This document shows positions 57,857 through 64,000 of a stretch of 64,000 nucleotides of DNA, in pieces (position 1 is the stretch's first letter; every line of letters starts with the position of its first letter). The position numbers and the translations under genes are program-made. Origin of the DNA: an uncultured Chroococcidiopsis sp. (GTDB lineage: Bacteria > Cyanobacteriota > Cyanobacteriia > Cyanobacteriales > Chroococcidiopsidaceae); NCBI GenBank assembly GCA_964248365.1, contig CAXTYC010000016.1, forward strand, positions 1-64,000. Direction: 5' to 3'. Under the pieces are notes generated by a model that was not told the origin of the DNA, ran no database searches, and saw nothing but the letters and a program-made list of their open reading frames with translations.

Positions 57857-58744
57857 TCAACTTTCCTCACCCCAAGTCCGTAGTTGAAGATATACCAGTA
57901 AAAACGCCACAGCTAACAACACTGTGGCGGCTGCTGCTGCATAACCAAAATCAAATTGACCAAAAGCTTCCTGGTAAATGTAATAGACCAAAATATTAGT
58001 AGAATTTAATGGACCACCGCCAGTAATAACATAAATTTGCTCGAAACTTCGCAAGGTAAAAATAGCAGTGGTAATTGTAGCAAATATCAACGTAGGTCTT
58101 AATCCTGGTAGGGTAATATGCCAAAATTGCTGCCAAGCATTCGCGCCATCTAATTCGGCTGCTTCATAACGACCTAGTGGAATTGCTTGCAATCCAGCCA
58201 AAAACACCACCAAATTGAAACCTAATTGTTTCCAAATACTTAATAAAATTAATACTGGCATTGCCCAAGTACTGCTACCCAACCAGGGTATTGGTGCAAT
58301 TCCAAAGGTATTTAATAGCGCGTTTACTGGACCTTCGGTTTGAAATAGCCAGCGAAAACCTAACCCTGCTGCTACCAGTGAGGTAATGGAGGGGAGAAAA
58401 TAGGCACTGCGTAGCAATCCTCGCAAAACTAAGGAACGATTTAACAAGACGGCTAACCCCAAGGGAATGATGAGACTGGGAATAACTGTTGCAACTGTGA
58501 AATAAACAGTATTTCCAATGACTTGCCAAAAATCAGGGTCGAGTAGCAACCGCCGATAATTGTTTAAGCCAACCAGCTGAACACCTGCTAAAGTAAAACT
58601 TCCCCTGGTCACGCTCAGATAAAACAAGTAGGCGATTGGAAATAGTAAAAATATACCAAGCATCAGCAGCGCAGGAGCAAGAAAGATCCAAGCTGCAACA
58701 GTATCATTATCAAGTAATTGCTTGTGAGAACGCCTTGGAGTCAT
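57857..58744 (-). CDS. Carbohydrate ABC transporter permease
   Basis: FLAPAL, GL.NY..L..DPDFW, YEAAELDGA (EAA loop), TGGGP. Confidence 0.92.
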   Translation of the reverse strand: MTPRRSHKQLLDNDTVAAWIFLAPALLMLGIFLLFPIAYLFYLSVTRGSFTLAGVQLVGLNNYRRLLLDPDFWQVIGNTVYFTVATVIPSLIIPLGLAVLLNRSLVLRGLLRSAYFLPSITSLVAAGLGFRWLFQTEGPVNALLNTFGIAPIPWLGSSTWAMPVLILLSIWKQLGFNLVVFLAGLQAIPLGRYEAAELDGANAWQQFWHITLPGLRPTLIFATITTAIFTLRSFEQIYVITGGGPLNSTNILVYYIYQEAFGQFDFGYAAAAATVLLAVAFLLVYLQLRTWGEES

Positions 58745-58900
58745 GAAGAGCCTAAATTGTTTTTGTTATTCTACGTCTGTACTGGTAGTTGGTAGTTGGT
58801 AACAGCGCCAGCTAACCGCTAACCACTAACCGCGCGCCTGGTAACTGGTAACTGGTAACTGATAACACCTAACAGCTAACTGGTAACTGATAACTGATAG

Positions 58901-59566
58901 ATGACTAATCCAGCCACCCCTGACACTACTGCTTGCCTAATTTCTCCTTCTGTTTATCCTAGTGTGCAACCAGGTGAACCTATAAAATTGGGTATTCTTG
59001 CCTCTGGTAGCGGTACTAACTTTGAAGCAGTAGCAAGGGCGATCGCCTCCTGCTTGCTTAATGCTCAAATTCAAGTTTTAATCTACAATAATCCAGAGGC
59101 TAAAGTAGCGACACGCGCAGCTAATTGGAATGTACCAGCAGTTTTATTAAATCACCGCCACTTTCAAAGCCGCGAAGATTTAGATCGGCAAATTGTCCAA
59201 ACCTTGCAACAATATCAAGTAGAATGGGTAATCATGGCAGGTTGGATGCGGATAGTTACACCAATTTTAATTGATGCCTTTCCTGATCAAATTATTAACA
59301 TCCATCCGAGTTTATTACCTAGTTTCCGAGGAGTCCGTGCCATCGAGCAAGCACTCGCCGCTGGAGTGAAAATCACAGGCTGTACAGTTCATCTTGTCGC
59401 GCCGGAAGTAGACAGTGGTACAATTTTGCTTCAAGCAGCTGTACCTGTATTGCCCGATGATACTCCCGAAACGCTACACGCTCGCATTCAAGTGCAGGAA
59501 CATCGAATTTTACCTCTTGCGATCGCAATAGCCAATACAAACATGGTAGTGCAATCAGGTTCCTAA
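58901..59566 (+). CDS. purN: Phosphoribosylglycinamide formyltransferase
   Basis: ASGSGTNFEA, AGWMRI, INIHPSLLP, GCTVHLV..VDSG. Confidence 0.96.
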   Translation: MTNPATPDTTACLISPSVYPSVQPGEPIKLGILASGSGTNFEAVARAIASCLLNAQIQVLIYNNPEAKVATRAANWNVPAVLLNHRHFQSREDLDRQIVQTLQQYQVEWVIMAGWMRIVTPILIDAFPDQIINIHPSLLPSFRGVRAIEQALAAGVKITGCTVHLVAPEVDSGTILLQAAVPVLPDDTPETLHARIQVQEHRILPLAIAIANTNMVVQSGS

Positions 59567-60342
59567 AACTCACGCCGCGAGAAAATAAAAATAGCGATCG
59601 CTATCACCAATACTGTATAAGCTAATCCATAACTAGCATTACTTACTAGTGTAAGTGGGTTGGGTAAAGCCTCGCTGCCATAAACCGCTTGATTCTTCAA
59701 ATCCAGTCGGGATAAGTCAGGCAAGACAAGATACAATTTTTGTGTCAGGCTTTCTAAACCTGGGTTTTTGCTCAGTCGTCCGAAAGCAACAAGATCTGGG
59801 CTTAAATTACCCATCAGATACACGCCAAAGCTCAGCATCGTTGCTAATACTGAACTGGTAAATACACCCAAAGCAATAGAGATCGCACTTACCAGACACA
59901 ACTGCAAAAATAGGAAAACCACTGCTAGAAAAATACTACCTAACGGGTAAGTATATCGATTTAATTGCAGCAAGACGATGTAAATTACCGTCATAGCAGT
60001 AATTAGCGCGGCTAGAACGGCTGATAATCCTAAATGTTTGCCCGTAATAAACTCACTGCGGCTAATCGGCTTGGCAATCAAGACAAGGACAGTACGTTTT
60101 TCGATTTCCTTGTTAACCAGCCCAGTACCGACAAATATAGCAACGATTAAGCCCAGCACACTCATCGCCGCCAAACCAAAATCCAAAAAGATTTTACCGT
60201 CGGTTGCAGCTGCGACTTGAGGAAGTATTTGGATTGCAACGCCCAAAAGAAGCGCATAAAATGCGATAATCCACAAAATGCGATCGCGCACCACTTCCCG
60301 AAACACATTTGAAGCAATTGTAAAAACTCTAGCTAAACTCAC
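59563..60342 (-). CDS. ABC transporter permease (likely GTG start at 60342)
   Basis: FREVVRDR, KEIEKRT..LIAKPISR.EFI.GK; GGAGG SD before the GTG. The track ORF extension runs into a REP hairpin. Confidence 0.85.
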   Translation of the reverse strand: MSLARVFTIASNVFREVVRDRILWIIAFYALLLGVAIQILPQVAAATDGKIFLDFGLAAMSVLGLIVAIFVGTGLVNKEIEKRTVLVLIAKPISRSEFITGKHLGLSAVLAALITAMTVIYIVLLQLNRYTYPLGSIFLAVVFLFLQLCLVSAISIALGVFTSSVLATMLSFGVYLMGNLSPDLVAFGRLSKNPGLESLTQKLYLVLPDLSRLDLKNQAVYGSEALPNPLTLVSNASYGLAYTVLVIAIAIFIFSRREF

Positions 60343-60362
60343 TTTTCCCTCCAAAATCCTCC

Positions 60363-60569
60363 TGTAGGGGGCGGGTTTATTAGATATCCAGGCGGACAAT
60401 CAGATTCGCTAAAACCCGCCCCTACAAATCAATTCACCATACATCATTTATAATTCCTGTTTTTCCCTAGCCCCTTATATTTACAAGAGGGCGGGTTTAT
60501 TAAATATCCACAACAGACAATCAGATTCGCTAAAACCCGCCCCTACACATCAATTCACCATTCATCATT
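60363..60569. repeat. Tandem pair of GTAG-type REP-like inverted repeats
   Basis: (GTAG)GGGCGGGTTT...AAACCCGCCCCTAC at 60363-60426 and 60489-60547, with duplicated internal and 3' flanks. Confidence 0.85.
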
Positions 60570-60702
60570 ATATACTTCAGCCTTTTCGTGGGTCGTGGGT
60601 CGATCTTCGTGGGTCTCCTCCTATTTAACCGAACAATCTTAACCAATAGAATCAGACTCCGCTAAGATCAAAAACTGCGGTTTTTAAGATGGGAGAGCGA
60701 CT

Positions 60703-61836
60703 TTGACTAGGAACGGCATCGGTATTCGGACAGCGCAATTACGTACCCACCGGATAGTAGGTCAAATTCATGTTTACGATGGAGTGGGAAAAGGCAAGTC
60801 TCAAGCAGCGCTGGGCGTGGTTTTGCGTTCAATTGGACTAGGAATCAATAGCTGTAATGACACCCGTGTTTTGCTGCTGCGGTTTCTCAAAGGACCTGGA
60901 AGGGCTTATGACGAAGATGGGGCAATTAAAGCACTGCAACAAGGTTTCCCTCATTTAATCGACCAAGTGCGTACCGGACGGGCGGAGTTTTTTGGTGCAG
61001 ATGAGATTACCCGCTTTGACCGCATGGAAGCACAGCGTGGTTGGGATATCGCTAAGGGGGCGATCGCTTCTGGGTTATATTCAGTTGTAGTCTTGGATGA
61101 ACTCAACCCAGTGCTGGATTTGGGCTTGCTAAGCTCTGATGAAGTTGTCAAAGTGCTGCAATCCAAACCGGAGGAGTTAGAAATTATTGCCACTGGTCGA
61201 GGTGCGCCTCAACAGCTACTTGATCTTGCCGATTTACACTCGGAAATGCAACCCCATCACCACCCCACCGCCGCCGCATTGAGCATTTGTGGCATTGAAA
61301 TTTATACAGGTTCCGGTAAAGGTAAGTCTACCAGTGCGCTGGGTAAGGCACTGCAAGCAATTGGTCGGGGAATTAGTCAAGATAATTCTCACCGAGTTTT
61401 GATTGTACAATGGCTCAAAGGAGGAAGTGGGTATACAGAAGATGCAGCGCTCGCAGCCTTACAACAAAGTTACCCTGACTTAGTAGATCATCAACGTTGT
61501 GGTCGAGATGCAATTGTTTGGCGTGGTCAACAACAAGAGCTAGACTATGTAGAAGCCGAGCGAGGTTGGGAAATTGCCTCTGTAGCGATCGCCAGCGGGC
61601 TTTACAAAACAATTATTCTAGATGAACTCAATCCCACCGTCGATCTAGAATTACTCCCCGTTGAACCAATCGTGCAAGCCTTATTGCGTAAACCCCGTGA
61701 TACAGAAGTTGTAATCACCGGACGTTGCCAAAATCCGCCAGCCTATTTTGACCTAGCCAATGTACACTCTGAAGTATTTTGTCATAAACATTATGCTAAT
61801 AGTGGTGTAGAACTCAAACGCGGCGTTGATTTTTAA
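60703..61836 (+). CDS. cobO: Cob(I)yrinic acid a,c-diamide adenosyltransferase, tandem-domain cyanobacterial form
   Basis: Two CobO/BtuR domains (YDGVGKGKS and YTGSGKGKST; LDELN; TGR), ending GVDF. Confidence 0.88.
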   Translation: MTRNGIGIRTAQLRTHRIVGQIHVYDGVGKGKSQAALGVVLRSIGLGINSCNDTRVLLLRFLKGPGRAYDEDGAIKALQQGFPHLIDQVRTGRAEFFGADEITRFDRMEAQRGWDIAKGAIASGLYSVVVLDELNPVLDLGLLSSDEVVKVLQSKPEELEIIATGRGAPQQLLDLADLHSEMQPHHHPTAAALSICGIEIYTGSGKGKSTSALGKALQAIGRGISQDNSHRVLIVQWLKGGSGYTEDAALAALQQSYPDLVDHQRCGRDAIVWRGQQQELDYVEAERGWEIASVAIASGLYKTIILDELNPTVDLELLPVEPIVQALLRKPRDTEVVITGRCQNPPAYFDLANVHSEVFCHKHYANSGVELKRGVDF

Positions 61837-61941
61837 ACCAGTGGTAGTTGGTAGTTGGTAGTTGGTTAAAGGTTAAATCAATTCCCTTTACCCTTTACCG
61901 CAATACCTCTTTACCGCAATACCTCTTTACCTTACACAAAC

Positions 61942-62055
61942 ATGGAAAACACTCAAACACTAGATTTGATTACTGGTATTTTGGCGCTAGCCATTCTTAT
62001 TGGTGCATATCTGATGATGCACACCACTGTTTTCACCACCAAAAAAAAGAAATAG
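61942..62055 (+). CDS. 37-aa single-TM small protein MENTQTLDLITGILALAILIGAYLMMHTTVFTTKKKK (not in the ORF track)
   Basis: Manual translation; hydrophobic helix followed by a basic tail. Confidence 0.55.
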   Translation: MENTQTLDLITGILALAILIGAYLMMHTTVFTTKKKK

Positions 62056-62254
62056 CAATGCGCTGTTAGCATTGTTAATTGCTAACAGCTAAAATCCAAA
62101 CTTATAAATTATTTCTCAACTATCTAAAGTTAGATTTATTTAACTTAATTTTATCTAAAGAAATGAGTCAAAAATCTTACATACAGCACTGTTAAAGTAG
62201 TTAAATAAGAAACACAATAGTGTTATAAGATACAGTAATTAGCTATTAGCCTCA

Positions 62255-63160
62255 GTGCGAAAGCTACCGATGAATAAGAAAAAAGGAAAACGATCGCTCA
62301 CTCTTTCGCTGCAAGAATATTTGCGGGGGATTACGGGTGGACTGTTGTTTAGTTTGCCACTACTTTACACGATGGAAGTATGGTGGGCTGGGTTTATCAG
62401 CCATCCCTTGCGCTTGCTAATCTACGTCCTCGTCACCTTCACCCTGCTATTGGGTTATAACCGCTACGGTGGGCTACGACGCTCTGCCAGTCCGGTTGAG
62501 GTAGCAATTGATTCGGTCGAGGAAATGGGAATTGGTTTGGTCATTGCCGCAGTTGTTCTCTGGCTACTAGGTCAAATCAGGGCTGAAATGACGATTGCAG
62601 AAATTGCCGGAAAAATCATTGTGGAAGCAATGACTGTAGCGATTGGTGTATCTGTAGGTACTGCTCAGCTAGGTGGTGGTGAAGGTGAGCAGGAGGAAGA
62701 TAAGGGGATGAAGGGCGAAGACGACTGTACAAGTTCTAGTCCTGCACCTTTCTTGGCAGACAAGGATAACGACTTGGGAGGACAGTTAACCCTTGCTTTA
62801 TGTGGAGCCGTCCTGTTTGCTAGCAACGTCGCCCCAACAGAAGAAATTATCCAGATTGCGATTGAAACTTCGCCCTGGAAATTGCTCGGTCTAGCGGTAC
62901 TCTCGATACTGCTAGCTACACTGATCCTATTTTACAGTGACTTTACTGGCTCACAGCGCTTTAGTGAAGCCAGAGGCATTAAAACCGTCGTCTTTGGCGC
63001 AGTTGTGACATATGCGATCGCTCTAATAGCTTCTGCTGCCATCCTCTGGTTTTTTGGACGCTTCGACGGCACTGCACCGATTCTAAGCCTTGCTCAAACA
63101 GTCGTTTTAGGAGTCGCCTCCACCCTAGGTGCTTCCGCTGGTAGGCTTTTACTGCAATGA
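62255..63160 (+). CDS. TIGR02587 (DUF2391) family integral membrane protein
   Basis: GGLLFSLPLLYTMEVWW, NVAPTEEI, LGASAGRLL; likely start ATG 62270. Confidence 0.85.
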   Translation: MRKLPMNKKKGKRSLTLSLQEYLRGITGGLLFSLPLLYTMEVWWAGFISHPLRLLIYVLVTFTLLLGYNRYGGLRRSASPVEVAIDSVEEMGIGLVIAAVVLWLLGQIRAEMTIAEIAGKIIVEAMTVAIGVSVGTAQLGGGEGEQEEDKGMKGEDDCTSSSPAPFLADKDNDLGGQLTLALCGAVLFASNVAPTEEIIQIAIETSPWKLLGLAVLSILLATLILFYSDFTGSQRFSEARGIKTVVFGAVVTYAIALIASAAILWFFGRFDGTAPILSLAQTVVLGVASTLGASAGRLLLQ

Positions 63161-63543
63161 ATAAACTAGAAAAGAATTGGCTAGAGTGGATTGTGTTTGC
63201 TGCCAGTCTAGTCCTTGTATTGAGTACACTGGGATATTTGGTTTACGATGGTGCTACTATGGGAGACTCCCGTGCCAAAATCGAGTTTCAACTCGGTCAA
63301 CCGCAACCGCAATCAAACTACTTTATGGTTCCTGTAACAGTGAGCAATCGCGGCGACGAGACGGCGGAAGGAGTGCATATTGAAGTTACGCTCGAAAGCG
63401 GTGGTAAGGAACAAGAAAATGCCTCTTTCGAGATCGCTTTCCTCCCTCGACACTCCACCCGTGAAGGCTGGGTAACATTTAAAACTGATCCCCGCAGTGT
63501 AGAACAGATGCAAGCACGGGTACTGGGTTTTGAAAAGCCTTAA
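63157..63543 (+). CDS. TIGR02588 family protein
   Basis: LEWIVF N-terminal TM, V.N.GDETAE.V.IEV, F..DPR; ATGA overlap with the TIGR02587 gene. Confidence 0.8.
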   Translation: MNKLEKNWLEWIVFAASLVLVLSTLGYLVYDGATMGDSRAKIEFQLGQPQPQSNYFMVPVTVSNRGDETAEGVHIEVTLESGGKEQENASFEIAFLPRHSTREGWVTFKTDPRSVEQMQARVLGFEKP

Positions 63544-63836
63544 TAGAGGCTAGGGGCTAGGGGCTAGGGGCTAGAGGAAAGCAGGGGGAGCTGGGGAAGA
63601 AATTACCTTTACCGCAATACCTCTTTACCCTTTTACCTTTTCCCTTTTCCCTTTTCCATCTGCTAGGTAAATTCTCAGATTTAAAATTGGCTATTAAATT
63701 AAGGGTTTTAGCTCTATCTTTATACAGATTTTATAAAAAGAAAACTTTCTTTTTGAAATTATTATGCAACTGCATATACTTAAGGTGCTAATTATTACTA
63801 TCATAGCTAAGTGCAGATAATTTTGATAATTTAGCT

Positions 63837-64000
63837 ATGGCAGATCGCTCGCCCAATAATAGTAATTATATTGATGCCATTGTTAAACAGGTGCGCTCTA
63901 AAACTCGTGCCAGCATCATCAATCAGTGCGGCACAATGCAAGTGCTGGATATGACACAGCCGATTGGATTAAATGACATTTATGTCAACGTAAATATTCT
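63837..64000 (+). CDS. 5' fragment of a probable NACHT NTPase (truncated by the window end)
   Basis: MADRSPNNSNYIDAIVKQVRSKTRASIINQCGTMQVLDMTQPIGLNDIYVNVNI; CGTM.VLDM.QPI.L.DIY..VNI is recalled as the segment preceding cyanobacterial NACHT domains. Confidence 0.65.
   Translation, partial: MADRSPNNSNYIDAIVKQVRSKTRASIINQCGTMQVLDMTQPIGLNDIYVNVNI

Larger units (their letters stand above)
1..64000. repeat. HIP1 octamer GCGATCGC, dispersed throughout the window
   Basis: Many occurrences in coding and non-coding DNA, e.g. 1146-1153, 2361-2368, 3302-3309. Hallmark of cyanobacterial genomes. Confidence 0.97.

Noticed and set aside
60363..60569. CRISPR array
   Set aside because: Only two long units with duplicated interiors, no unique spacers and no cas genes.
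61848..62069. 73-aa plus-strand track ORF
   Set aside because: Begins in STRR DNA; the 37-aa ORF in another frame is more protein-like.

Overview
Chromosomal window from a cyanobacterium. The HIP1 octamer GCGATCGC is very frequent, heptamer STRR tracts are common, the guaB3-Yfr1-trxA arrangement is present, and there is a TSD-motif halorhodopsin resembling SyHR/MrHR, which suggests a terrestrial or freshwater Chroococcidiopsis/Nostoc-like lineage (inference). Most of it is housekeeping: mutS2, guaB3, trxA, yidD, an NrtR-controlled NAD operon (pncB-nadD-nrtR-...-nadE), dnaG, queA, acnB, ferredoxin, ppk2, a Cu P-type ATPase, purN and cobO. No rRNA, tRNA, CRISPR array or transposase was seen. 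The most notable unexplained elements are: (1) a two-gene m4C-type methylase plus atypical nuclease cassette whose start codon overlaps the stop of a decayed hicB antitoxin, where hicA would normally sit; (2) a near-consensus CIRCE (HrcA) operator just behind a promoter for a DMT transporter, with no chaperone gene nearby; (3) a candidate structured ncRNA or leader in a 1.1 kb gene-free gap (15.7-16.0 kb); (4) several families of tiny palindromic repeats that insert in-frame into conserved genes, nest in one another and disrupt others; (5) two decaying genes embedded in the NAD operon; (6) a divergent RHH-like/hypothetical gene pair with a VST tripeptide VNTR; (7) small ORFs missed by the ORF track. 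All family assignments come from motif recognition by eye, without database searches.
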